Source of the DNA: Octopus bimaculoides
Lineage: Eukaryota
DNA: 64,000 bases
Direction of reading: 5' to 3'
Assembly: GCF_001194135.2 (NCBI RefSeq)
Contig: NC_068997.1
Span: 9,760,933-9,824,932 of the forward strand
The position numbers and the translations under genes are program-made. The notes beneath the pieces are model-generated. The model saw only the letters and a program-made list of their open reading frames with translations. It was not told where the DNA came from and ran no database searches. Shown in pieces: positions 27,831 to 41,017 of the stretch. Numbering within the stretch: position 1 is the first letter of the stretch; every line of letters begins with the position of its first letter.

Positions 27831-28220
27831 TGTGTGTATATATATATATGTGTATATATATATATATATANNNNNNNNNNATATATATATATATATATAT
27901 ATATAAATATATATATATATACATATATGTATATATATATATGTGTGTGTGTGTTTGTATATATATATATATATACATATATATTGTATTTATATACACA
28001 CACACACATATATTGTATTTATGCATAGGCACACACAACTATATGCATTTGTGTGTGTGTGTATGTATATGTATGTTTGCGTGCATACATGTGTTCACAC
28101 GTTCATGTTATATATATGTTATATATATGTTATATATATAAATATATATATGTACACACATAAAGAAAAGATACATATATACAAATTATACAAATATACA
28201 TGTACCATACACACACGTGC

Positions 28221-28294
<74 letters not shown>

Positions 28295-28309
28295 GTCTGT
28301 GTGTGTGTG

Positions 28310-28343
<34 letters not shown>

Positions 28344-28380
28344 AATAATTACATGTACATATATATATATATATTTATAC

Positions 28381-28460
<80 letters not shown>
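27760..28460. repeat. Long (AT)n/(GT)n/(CT)n microsatellite complex
   Basis: The repeats are directly visible and span a 10-N gap. Confidence 0.95.
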
Positions 28461-29133
28461 GACAATATCCCAGTTATAAACATTTTATTTCTAATCTAAA
28501 ATTGACAGGGCTAAAACTTTTTTGAAGTTAAAATTAAAAAATAAAAATAAAATTACAATTTGAATTTAGAAATACTTTTGCATGGTAACCCCCCCAAATA
28601 TGTTTCTTATCTAATGAACACTAAATTCACTGCACCAAATATATTGATTTTTTTTTTTCCTTACCAATTTTTAAATTTTATTTTATTCCCTAAATGAAAT
28701 CAAGTTTCGTTATTCTTTGGGGTTAAATTGTTCTGTATTTTGAGAAGAGTACGTTACCGATTTCCTCGAAATTTGTTTACTCATTAAATTCTACTTTGAT
28801 AAATTTCATTTATTGTCTGAAAGTAATTCTTTAACCTCAATCTTTCATTTAAATTTTCTGTCTGTGTATGGTTTTATATTTTCTGCTTTATTTTTCTGTA
28901 TTTTTTCCTTACTTAATTTTATTTTACTTGTTGGTTAGTTTGTTGGTTGATCTATCTTTCTTCTTTGTATTCTCAAAAAAATGTTTTCCTACTCTTTCAT
29001 CATTTCCATCTCCCTTTCTCTCTCTTCATTCCCACCTTTTTTTCCTTATTCATTCTAATTTTCTTTCATTTTCATCTGTCTGTCTGTCCGTCTGTCTTTC
29101 TATTTATCTTACCTATTTATCTATCTATCTATC

Positions 29134-29173
<40 letters not shown>

Positions 29174-29378
29174 GTCTATCTATCTATATTTATTTATTTG
29201 CCTCCATCTTTCTTTGTTCCTCTGTTTATTTTATCTATCCTCTCAAAACTGACTCATCTTTGCCCTTAGGCCAACCATTGTAACTCCAGTACAAGCTAAT
29301 GTTACACTCACCTCCATCTTCTTCTTTCTAACTCCATACCACATTGCCAACTGTATTCAAGCATTTCTTTATCATTAG

Positions 29379-29444
<66 letters not shown>

Positions 29445-31135
29445 TTGGATGGATTGAGAAAGGGAGAAAGAGGGTGAAATTTCTTCAAATGTTTTATTGG
29501 AAAATTAATTTAAAAATGCATTTGAATAAATAGTTTGTATTTTCCTATTTTTTGGGGGTGGGTAGGGAGGGAAAAATAAAGAAACTATAATATAAAGATA
29601 TTTGAAATTCTCCAGATTGGGTTATGATATGGTATGTTATTGGAAATAAATANNNNNNNNNNNNNNNNNNNNNNNNNNNNNNNNNNNNNNNNNNNNNNNN
29701 NNNNNNNNNNNNNNNNNNNNNNNNNNNNNNNNNNNNNNNNNNNNNNNNNNNNNNNNNNNNNNNNNNNNNNNNNNNNNNNNNNNNNNNNNNNNNNNNNNNN
29801 NNNNNNNNNNNNNNNNNNNNNNNNNNNNNNNNNNNNNNNNNNNNNNNNNNNNNNNNNNNNNNNNNNNNNNNNNNNNNNNNNNNNNNNNNNNNNNNNNNNN
29901 NNNNNNNNNNNNNNNNNNNNNNNNNNNNNNNNNNNNNNNNNNNNNNNNNNNNNNNNNNNNNNNNNNNNNNNNNNNNNNNNNNNNNNNNNNNNNNNNNNNN
30001 NNNNNNNNNNNNNNNNNNNNNNNNNNNNNNNNNNNNNNNNNNNNNNNNNNNNNNNNNNNNNNNNNNNNNNNNNNNNNNNNNNNNNNNNNNNNNNNNNNNN
30101 NNNNNNNNNNNNNNNNNNNNNNNNNNNNNNNNNNNNNNNNNNNNNNNNNNNNNNNNNNNNNNNNNNNNNNNNNNNNNNNNNNNNNNNNNNNNNNNNNNNN
30201 NNNNNNNNNNNNNNNNNNNNNNNNNNNNNNNNNNNNNNNNNNNNNNNNNNNNNNNNNNNNNNNNNNNNNNNNNNNNNNNNNNNNNNNNNNNNNNNNNNNN
30301 NNNNNNNNNNNNNNNNNNNNNNNNNNNNNNNNNNNNNNNNNNNNNNACTTATTATGTTTCTTTTATTGTTTTATTTTAGAAATATTTTATGTAAAAAAAA
30401 ACCCATCCATCTTTTATTTTTCTATTATTTTGTTATAAGTATCTGGGCTTGTTTTTATTCTGAAAAAAAAAAACAAAAAACAACAACAAAAAAACCCCCC
30501 TATTTTCTTGTATTTAGAATTACTGTTATGATAGGGGCTTACTGTCATTTGCTTAAAATAATTTTTTTTTTTTTTTTTTCATTTTCATCATATTAAGTTG
30601 CTTGCTGCTGTTATTATTAATGGAGAAGCAAGCTAACATACCTTGTCAATTTTATTTCTTCAAATATTTACATGGAGTTAGAGGAGGAAAACCCTCCAAA
30701 ATCAATCAAACAAAAATTCGAGTTTTGACAGATAAATGTCAGGATAACCTTGTTAGTAAATAAAATAAAGTCAGTTTTTGGACATTAAGTAAACAAATTC
30801 AATATCAGTTTACTTCTTCTATCTACATAATAATATTGTTTTTCTTTTCACTCACAACTCAAAAACTCATCTGACCTTTGCTTCTGTTCATCAGTCTGTG
30901 TGTCGGCTTTATTTTCTGCCTTTGTTTTTCTCTCTTATTTTTGAGCAAATTTCTTTCTGTTAAATATGGATCCAACTTTGCTAATATTTTAACAGCTGAC
31001 ACAATAATCTCTCAAAAGAACATTTCTACTTGTTGTTTTAGCCAGAGATTGTGGCCATGCTGGGGCATTGCCATAAATAACAATGCTTTGGCAAGGAACA
31101 GTCATTGCATATATCTTTTCTTAAATGGTCTAGAC

Positions 31136-31454
31136 CAGGGGTTTTCAAACTGTGGTCCGCGGACCACAGGGGGTCCACAAGGACAAGACAGGGGGTCCGC
31201 AAGGACAAGACAGAGGGTCCGTGGACAGCAAATACTTTTTATGGGCAATTTGATTTTATATATGTTTTTTAATCTAAATCTTTTAATTGACAATAAACCT
31301 ATTTGTTAAATACTGTTAAATAAATAAATGTAAAAATATATGTTATTTTAAGCAAATATTTATGTATAAATTTCATAAGCGTTTATAAGGGGGTCCCTAA
31401 GGTAAAGCCTGAAATACAAAGGGGTCTGCAAGTCAAAAAGTTTGAAAACCCCTG
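31136..31454. mobile_element. hAT (Charlie-type) MITE, copy 1
   Basis: The TIRs are caggggttttcaaact / agtttgaaaacccctg. There is a perfect 8-bp TSD gtctagac (31128-31135, 31455-31462) matching the Charlie nTCTAGAn preference. Confidence 0.92.
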
Positions 31455-31799
31455 GTCTAGACACAAAGATACTGAGTAAAGTTTCTCTTTGAAAATAAGT
31501 TATGTAGCCCCAGGTCTGCTCTAATTGAGTAGACTTATGATAAAAGACATTCCAGTCATGACTATCCTGTCTTTTTTCCCATATGCAGGAAATCTAGGAT
31601 TTCATTCTTCATGTCCCCTTTTTTTATGTTTAAGACAGTAGAATGTAATTTAAGGAAGATCTAGCTGCCATTTCTCATCTTTTATTTAGCTGGGTAATGA
31701 TTCTATCTGTATGGACCCCAAAGAAATGTTAAAGATATGCTTATCAAATATACAAAGATGATTTTCAGTGAATGGGTTCACTGCTGAATGCTGCAAGGC

Positions 31800-31925
31800 A
31801 GGGATGAGAAAAGGACCGAGACATTGGTCCTTTAAATAAAATTTTCCCAGTCTCTCTGCATGTTAGTGGAACATCCCTGAGACAAGTGGAGAAGTTTAAG
31901 TATCTTTTAAGACTGTATTCACTAG
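31800..31925 (+). mobile_element. Short RTE RT fragment, same family as 25770-26350
   Basis: It encodes LHVSGTSLRQVEKFKYL, matching the V.KFKYLG motif. Confidence 0.6.
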
Positions 31926-32356
31926 TTGTTGTGGCTGATGCCCCCAGGCAAGAAGTGGGCTGGTCCACTGCTAATAAATGGTGGACTGTCACAGTCAGTA
32001 AGGTCTGTTGGCGAAGGTACACCATTTGGACCAGTCCTGTAGAGATGGCGAAATACGTCATCATCATGGGACATATCAGTGACGATGAGGGTTTGGACAA
32101 TATCGCCACTGGGACATATCACAGGGCAAGAGGTTGAACTGGATGCTAGAATTGTGTGTGTGTGTGTGTGTGTATGCGGTTGGCATTAGGAAGGGTATGT
32201 AGCTGTAGAAACCATGCCATGACAGGAAGCCTAAACAGTCCTTCAGCTGGTCAGCTCCTATCAAACTGTCCAACCCATGCCAGCATGGAAAATGGACATT
32301 AAATGATGGTGATGATGATATATATCTATACATACATACATACATGTATATATACA

Positions 32357-32397
<41 letters not shown>

Positions 32398-33565
32398 TAC
32401 TCTCCTACAAATTCAATGCCTTTGTGTGCCTTTGTTAAAGATCTCTCTATATTAGATAGAGAACAGGTTGAAACAGATCTGATTGGGTTAAAACATGATA
32501 CCGCTTCCGCTACAACACACCATCACCTTCTCACTGTAATTTTGCCTTTCTGACATGTGTAAACAGTGATATCTCCCCTGTATTGTCTATTGCTGCCAAC
32601 AAGCATTAATAAATATTGCAGACAAGTATCAAAATATAACTCAAGAGTCAGATAAATCACAACAGCCATGTATTATATACCCATTAGTGCTAACAAGTTA
32701 AGTGCCTTAACCAAATAGATTTATCATAGCAGCAGTAATGGATATTCAAATATTCTGAAGATGTAATGAAGATATAACAAAGTCTTATGTTTATATATTC
32801 AAAATATTTTAAAAATAATGTGGAAGAGGAGAAATTTACTGAAGAGAAGAAAGAATGCTCTGCAATCTGTTGGTTCTTGTTGTATCTCGGGAGGGTCATT
32901 GTGTCAATAATAAACACGTCCACTGGTTCAATTTCACTTCTTTATTATCGGTTTATTTAACCAACTAGTTAATTGATTACTTTGTTAGCTATTAGTGTAA
33001 TGACCTTCCCAAGATTAAAAAAATGTGTTTCAACATATGAGTTCACATCAAGAGTCTTACAAACCGAATTCAAAAACAAACTATTATATCTTGTTGGGCA
33101 CTAAATTCACTACAGGTTCTACCATTCAAACACAATATTTTAGAATCTAAAGGCGACAAGTTGGCAGAAACGTTAGCACACCTGGTGAAATTAAGTACCA
33201 GTTGCATACTGACGTCAATCTAATCAACTGCCTCCACCACCCAAATTTTGGGCTTTGTTCTTAGAGTAGAAAAGAATATTTTAAAATGTAAAGTTTCCAT
33301 GTTTTATAAATGAAATTTATAGAATTTTTGTTTCCAGAACAAAATGGATGCAACACCGTAGTTTAAGAGCATTAAAATGTTGGTGTGGTGTTAAAGAGTA
33401 GCCTCTTACCCAAAGTGTCACAGTGAGTAAGGTAAACCTGGGAATTGAAACTAGTGTATCACAAGCTTACGTCTTCCTGTACGATACTCATCACTGATTC
33501 TATCATTGAAATTAAATGTCATTTTTATTTTATTCCATTTTTTTGCACCCATTTTCATTGCTGGA

Positions 33566-34112
33566 AGATTGATGGTGGTGTAAATTGATGGAAGTGTAGA
33601 TTGATGGAAGTGTAGATTGGTGGAAATGTAGATTCATGGTGGCTTAGATTGATGAAAGTGTAGATTGATGGTGGTTTAGATTGATGGTTGTTTAGATTAA
33701 TGAAAGTGTAGATTGATGGAAGTTTAGATTAATAGAAGTGAAGATTAATAGTGGTTTAGATTGATGGAAGTGTAGATTGGTGGTTGTTTAGATTGATGGA
33801 AGTGTAGATTGAGGGTGTTTAGATTGATAGTGGTGTAGATTGATGGTAATGCAGCTTGATAGTATTGTAGATTGATGGCGGTTTAGATTGATGGAAGTAT
33901 AGACTGATAACAAAATAGATTGAAGGTGGTGCTTATTGATGGTGGTGTAGTAGAGTGATGGCAGTATAGATTGATGGCAGTGTAAATTTCTAGCAGCTGA
34001 GACTAATGGTGATGTAGACTGATGGCAATGTAGATTGACGGTGGTTTTTGACTGATAATAGTGTAGATTGATGCCAGAGTAGATGGATGGCAGTGTAGAT
34101 GGATGGTGGTGT
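33566..34112. repeat. 16-bp minisatellite (agattgatggaagtgt consensus), roughly 34 degenerate units
   Basis: tagattgatgg recurs with a period of 16 nt. Confidence 0.9.
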
Positions 34113-34419
34113 GCATAGACTGACTTTATCAGAGTTTCCAGCGGAAGAATTTATATTGCGCAAATTAAATTGGAGACATAAACCATAAAATATTCTTTAT
34201 GCTGTTCATGTCTCTTGGAGTGTGTAGCAACATTCAGATACGAATGATCTTTCACTGCAGTTAATTTAAAGAGGAAATCAACTTCCCTGTATTACAGAAG
34301 TAACTATATTCTCTCTTTCTCTCTCTTCTACTTTCTCTGACTCCCTCTCACTATGTGTGTGTGTGTGTGTGTGTGTATATGTATGTGCATGCGTGTCTGA
34401 GTATGTGTGTGTGTGCATG

Positions 34420-34460
<41 letters not shown>

Positions 34461-34744
34461 ATGCATGCATAGGTGTATGTTAGTTTGAATGTGTGTATAG
34501 TGCATAAAGTTATGCTAGTATTCAGGAAGTTAGGAGCAGTGATCATCAACAGACATTGATAGTAGTTAAGAAAGCAGAAGAGAAGACTGAAAATATATAT
34601 CAAATGATATACATCTCTACAAGTTCTCTGTCTGCTGCTCTTCAAAGGGTTAGCAAATATTTCAAGTTGACATTAGTTCTGTTTTTCTGTTCCTTAACAG
34701 TATAGGGTAAACATAAACTGTTTATCTGGAAAGAAATTCCATTT

Positions 34745-36656
34745 GCTGCTCTCAGTGTAAACTATGGACACATAAGAGGTGCAATGGAATCACAGGTAGA
34801 TTAAGAGATAAAGTCATCTTTTTATGTGACAGGTGTGCAGGAACAATAAGCACTAAGAGCACACGAGAATTAGATTCTATCAAATGCCTAGGGGGCTCTC
34901 TTGATGTTGTAGACAGTTTCTGTTACCTAGGTGACCAAATTAGCAATGGTGGAGGATGCTCTGAAAGTATTGTTTCTAGAATAAGAATAGGTAATAGTTC
35001 AGAGAGCTATTACCTCTGTTGACAACAAAAGGACTCTCTCTCTCAGAGTGAAAGGTAGACTGCGTGATGCTTGTGTGCAAGCAGCTATACTCCATGGTAG
35101 TGAGACATGGGCTCTGAATGCAGAAGACATATGCAGACTGGAGAGAAATGAAGGTAATATGTAATAGGTACAACATCAGTGTACATGTATGACAAAATGC
35201 AAATGTATTGAGAGAAAAGTTGGGCAGAAGAGGAATCAAATGTAGCATACAAAAGAGAGGACTCTGCTGGTTTGGAGATGTGATGCGTATGAATGGCGAT
35301 AGCTGTATAAAGTAATGCCGATCACTGAACGTGGATGGTATTCGTGGAAGAGGGAGATCCAGGAAGATGTGGGACGAAGTGGTGAGGACTGATCTCAGGA
35401 TGTTGGACTTCACACAGGAAATTACCATGGACTGAGATGTCTGGCAATATGAGGTTCTTGAGTTCTAGAAGCATTGTGCGGCCCACCCACATTTAACAAG
35501 AAAACCTCTCACACACCCTACCACAACAAACCAAACTACAGCTCTACGTCACTTCTCTTCTTTACATTTCCATTTCATGCATTAGGCTTACCTCCCAATC
35601 CTGTCCCCTCAGCCCTGTACAACTGTATCATTGCTCTCTGCTAGCCCCTGACCTGTGTGTTCCACCCACATATCCTGTCTCACTGGTATCATTACTATCC
35701 ACTAGCCCCCAACTTGTGTGTTCTACCCACACATAACAAGAAAACTTTTCACACACCCTACCTCAACAGACTAATCTAACACATCTCTCCCCCACACTTC
35801 CTCCTTCATACACTGTCCCTAGCTCTCACTCCCCAATCCTATCCTCACAGCCCTGTTTCTCAGTATTATTGCTATCTGGTAGCACCGCCTCTATATATAC
35901 CCAGGTTTTCACCACTCACGTCCTACTCCCCCTCCGTACTCTCTTTCACAATATACTGCCACTTATATTATGACATTCGAACCTCAAGGGTATGCCCTGG
36001 CACTTGCCACCATCTATATCTCTCTCTTCTTTTACTCAACCATTCCGTTTATGTTCTGATCCCTGTCCCTTGTTAGTATACCCGGCACTTTGCCACCATC
36101 TCACCATCTCTATCCTGCTGTCCCCACTCTCTCTCTCCTTCTCCTGCTCTTCCCTCAGGTTGGGTAACCATGTATTTCCTTTCCTGTTTTTGTTTTCATT
36201 CCTGATCTCCCCCCCAACCGGCTGAGTAACCTTGTTCCTCCTCTGCAGCAAGCTACCTGTTTCTGCCTAACTATAACCTTTCATCCTCTGACACAAAATC
36301 ACCTCCTCCAATGCCCCCTCCCCTCTCAAAAGATTTTTTTTGCCTTGCAAGGTACTTGGTGACTCTGTCAGTGCAGGTGCCACTTAAAAAGCATTCAGTC
36401 AACACTGTAAAATGGTTGGCATTTGGAAGCGCATCCAGCTGTAAAACCCTTGCCAGAAGTGACCTCGCTTGTGCTTGTGTCACGTAAAAGTCCACTCTGC
36501 TGAGTGATTGGTATTAGGAAGGGCATCCAACTGTAAAAATTCTGCCAAAACAGTCACAGAAGTCTGGTGCAGGGTTTACCTGGCTAGCTCCTGTCAAATC
36601 ATCCCATCCATGCTAGCATGGAAGGCGGATGTTAAACGATGATGATGATGATGATG
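34745..36656 (+). mobile_element. 5'-truncated RTE LINE: RT C-terminus, ~850-nt CT-rich 3' region, family-A terminus
   Basis: The ORF is homologous to 12760-13260 (ggtgaccaaattagcaatggtggaggatgctctgaaag…ctccatggtagtgagacatgg…GRGRSRKMWDEVVRTDL). The terminal module with (GAT)n lies at 36340-36656. Confidence 0.8.
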
Positions 36657-38056
36657 GTAAGCAAAAAATCGTCAAAAGTGAATAAATCTATTTAAAAATG
36701 GCTACACATTTTTTTAGATTCAGGTGCATTTTCAAATCCCCAAACAAGTTTTATATTTTTTCTGCGTGGGAATACACCTCTTCTTTCCATATATATATAT
36801 ATATATTTATATATGTGTGCACGTGCATGTGTGTGTGTTTATATATGCACACCTATTTTAGCCTTCTCCTCAAGCCTTTCACTGTAAAATTAAATTCCAG
36901 TTATGATGTTAAATCTCTACTAAAAATAGAAGTTATTTTCTCTAAGTCACATCACATAAGTAAACTTGATGTATTTCAGAAACTAGTTTCAAACATGACA
37001 TTCCTCAACAAAAGATAGATTGATATATAAAGCTGCTTTACACACATTCTGCAATAAAAGGGTTAAGAGCTGTTTCTAAGTTCACCAAATTGCCATTACA
37101 GTTTCATCCAACAGTGGGAATTGAGCATTAATTAGAGGTCTTCTTCTTTCAGAGAAGTGAGGAAGCCATTGCATAAATAGGCAAACAGACCCGTTATGCA
37201 GTATAATGATTGTTTATTAGTAGGCACAGAGATTTCTTTAACTGGAGTTAAATGCAATGGATCAAAGTGCAATTTGTTAGGCTAATTTGATAATCCAGAA
37301 TACAGATAGATTTAGCTGAAAATGTATGCTTGTTATTATTCTGTGTTATACTAGAAGTATGAATTTATATGCATTTTTATTATGTTCATCAATGATGTGA
37401 CTACATATACTGATATCATCTCCATAGGTGTACATGCCTTTCAACATGTTTTTATGAATACGATGGCCTATAGTTTTGTCAGAAACACGCAACCTTTATA
37501 AAGTGAAATCAATATGTTTAAACTGGAACAATTAACCAGTGACCTTGAATATTTTAAACACTTATACCATCAGAAAGCAGCATGATACAGTGATGTGTGT
37601 GATGTAAATTGATGGTTGTAACCGTTTTTGAAGACAAGACTCTTCTAGTTGACTAAATGATCTGAGTTGATCAGCAGCTAAGTACCTAACGATGTGAATT
37701 CGTTATTAGTGTCAGAGGAGCCAACTACTGACTTGTCAACATTAATGACATGAATTAAGGTGACAAGGTGGCACAGTTGGTTGCACAACAGGCAAAATGC
37801 TGCAAAGTATTTCGTCTGTCCTTACGTTTTGAGTTCAAATTTCGCTGAGGTCAACTTTGCCGTTTTTCCTTTCAGGGATGATAAATTAAATACTGGTTGA
37901 GTTAGGAAGGGCATCCAGCTGTAGAAACTCTACCAGATTAGATTGGAGCCTGGTGCAGCCATCCGGTTTGCCAGTCCTCAGTCAAATCATCCAACCCATG
38001 CTAGCATGGAAGCGGATGTTAAACGATGATGATGATGATATATATATATATATATA

Positions 38057-38945
38057 TGAGGTCTGGTCAATAAGTATCCAAACAGTTGCCATAGTAACGA
38101 AGCTAAAGCATACAGAGTGAAGCCGCTTGGCAAAGATTGACCTTGAACTCTGCTGTGCATGAAGAACTAAGTTTTAACGTTCCAGCTTACTTCAGCTGTT
38201 TACAGCAGTGCTTGGAAGGAAAGTGTGTAGTGTGTGATCATCACATTGACCATGACAGAGAAAGTTGTCATGGTGATACCTGCTCAGAGGCCAAAGCAAA
38301 GTTGCAGAAAGTGTATGGAGAGGGGTGTATGAGCCGCACACAAGTGTACGAGTGGTTCAGGCATTTCCAAGATGGCCGAAAAGAGTTGATATTGATGAAT
38401 GTTCTGAGAGACCTATAACCAATAGAACTGAGAAAAACTTTGCAGATGTGCATGCAGCTGTAAAGGGAAATCATTGAATCACCAGCCGTGAGTTATCAAA
38501 GGATGTGCAGATTAGTTACGGCTCAGTTTAGTCCATTATCACTGAAGATTTGGGTTTGAGACATGGGTTTGCCAAGTTTGTGCTAAAATTGCTTTCAGCT
38601 GACCAAAAATATACTTGGGTTTCAGTTGCACAAAATCTCCTTGATTGTATTGAGAATGAGGAAAACTTTTTGCAAACATTGTGCAGGCCTCTGAGCAGGT
38701 ATCACCAAGCTTTTGGCCAAATTTGATGCAGATTCTCTGCTCAACTTTCTCTGTCATGGTCAATGCGACAATCACACATTACACACCTTCCTTCCCAGCA
38801 TTGCTGCAAACAGCCGATGTGAGCTAGAGTGTTAAAACTTAGTGCACATGCACAGCATGGTCAATTTGTGCCAAGCGGCTTCACTCTGTATGCTATAGCT
38901 ACGTTACTATGGCAATGGTCCGGATACTTATTGATCAGACCACAC
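38057..38945. mobile_element. Non-autonomous mariner element with the 3' end replaced by an inverted copy of its 5' end
   Basis: The arms 38057-38292 and 38686-38945 are inverted repeats, each containing the TIR, 5'UTR and MTEKV start. The + strand carries transposase remnants (DTCSEAKAKLQKVYGEGCMSRTQVYEWFRHFQDGR…FAKFVLKLLSADQK…QNLLDCIENEENFLQT). The left end sits in a TA run. Confidence 0.85.
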
Positions 38946-39321
38946 ACACACACACATGCACATTAAGAAAAAGGAGGATTTTGGATAAAATTTTATCCTA
39001 AATTCTGACTACCTCCTGATAGCGCTCTAGCTTGCCAGCTCTGGTCAAACCGTTCAACCCATGCCAGCATGGACAACAGATGTTAAATGATGATGATAAA
39101 ATCTGTGCACCACTTCAAACAATCTATGCATGCATACATGATACATACATACATTTATTCATTCATTCTTTTCTTTTCTACTCTGCTAATTGTTTACATA
39201 ATGCAGAACTAATGAAGTGGGTTGCAAGTTCAATTCCTTTTAGGGATGAAAACATACAACCATGTTTATTATCTTTGTTTTCTGTAATAAACTTGACTGT
39301 AATTATATATATATATATATA

Positions 39322-39492
39322 TAAGCACCCACTACACTCTCTGAGTGGTTGGCGTTAGGAAGGGCATCCAGCTGTAGAAACTCTGCCAAATTAGATTGGA
39401 GCCTGGTGTTGCCATCCGGTTTCACCAGTCCTCAGTCAAATCGTCCAACCCCTGCTAGCATGGAAAGCGGACGTTAAACGATAATGATGATG

Positions 39493-39494
<2 letters not shown>
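39322..39494 (+). mobile_element. Family-A element, young copy
   Basis: It is a close match to 12290-12463 and has a (gat)n tail. Confidence 0.88.
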
Positions 39495-39527
<33 letters not shown>

Positions 39528-39724
39528 GTATGATGTCCAACACGTAGTAGTGCACTTGATCTCTTTAGAGAATAAAGATATTCTTATTAATAAGAAGCAC
39601 AGGAAAAACCTGGTGAAAGCAACTTGAAAAACATCAAGAGAAAATCAATATTCCAGCCAGGAAACCCAGGGTGGCTGGATTTCATTAAGATTTTTTTGTG
39701 TGTTTGCTGTTGTTGTTGTTGTTG

Positions 39725-39807
<83 letters not shown>

Positions 39808-40709
39808 GGTGATTATATACTTGAAGAAGAAATAATCTGAATGAGGAATTACGAAGTAAATCTAATTAGAAATAGGTCCTCCACAAAAAATGTGGTAATA
39901 GATCTGCTGAATTAAGCATGAAACTGTATATTAGAGTAAAAAAAACCAAAAAAAAAAACCCCATCAAGGACATGTCATTTCAATTATGTTCACAAAAAGA
40001 GACTCAATGAAAGAATGAAAGAAAGTCTAAATTATGTTCAGTAATATATGATGCACTGCACAATAAATATGGGAAACATTTGACATGTATATTATAAAGG
40101 TGTATTGCAAATATGTATATGTTTGTACAAGAAAATTGTAATATATTTTATATGGGAACTCGTTTATATTAACCATAAGAATTATAAGCAGTGAATGCAT
40201 ATTGGATAAAATTTCTATGTTGTGATGCAAGTATGTCTCAACATAACTGCTTTATATTATAAGACATATATTTATATCATATGTTGGGGGAATGCATGTT
40301 ATATTGACTATTGATATTATATATTACTTTTGATAAAGGAACTGTGATCAGAGTGTAGCTGGGCAATAGATATGTCATAACAATTGCATATCAGACATAG
40401 GGAATGTATGTTATGCCAGTGTATTTATTAAATACTGGGTTTAGCTCATTTATTTTACAATGCTGTTATTTATGATGTCATGAGTATGGAAGTACATATA
40501 TATGCCTGTGCCTGGAAAAGCGTTGCACATAGGCAATGCTACACTTTAAACATGATTCACCTTCAGCTTGCTAAAGGTTAAAGTAGAAGGCTAAATGTGA
40601 CAAGTAGTTAGTAGAGGGAGGTAAAGAAGCAGTAGGTTTACATAATAATATAGCCTTTATTTACGTTATTTACATTGGACGGATATGTGTCCTCATCTTG
40701 TTTGTTGTT

Positions 40710-40755
40710 ACCACAATGTTTCGGCTGATTTACTCTCCAGCCTTCATCAGGTGTC
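40710..40755 (-). ncRNA. Minimal type-I hammerhead-ribozyme-like motif, copy 1 (Penelope-like element associated)
   Basis: The minus strand reads gacac-CTGATGA-a-GGCTG-gagagtaaat-CAGCC-GAA-ACAT-T-gtggt. It has the catalytic core, a 5-bp stem II and stem I (gacac/gtggt). The stem-III palindrome ACGT appears mutated to ACAT. Confidence 0.7.
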
Positions 40756-40974
40756 CTGGTGGAATTTTGAACCCAACACTAGGTTCTCAATCCTAAGGCA
40801 TTTTTTTGCTGCTGTTGTTGTCGTTATTGTTATTATTATTATTATTATTTATTCACATTGAAGTCTAATTCTGGCTCTGTACCGATTAGATAATACTGCT
40901 TTTTATTTTAGAAATGAGGAATTCTGTACATTATTTACATTGGACGGATATGTGTCCTCATCTTGTTTGCCGTT

Positions 40975-41017
40975 AACACGTTTTGGCTGATTTACTCTCC
41001 AGCCTTCATCAGGTGTC
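40975..41017 (-). ncRNA. Minimal hammerhead-like motif, copy 2 (degenerate)
   Basis: The minus strand reads gacac-CTGATGA-a-GGCTG-gagagtaaat-CAGCC-AAA-ACGT-gtt. It carries G12>A and a small deletion after ACGT, and lies 262 nt from copy 1. Confidence 0.6.
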
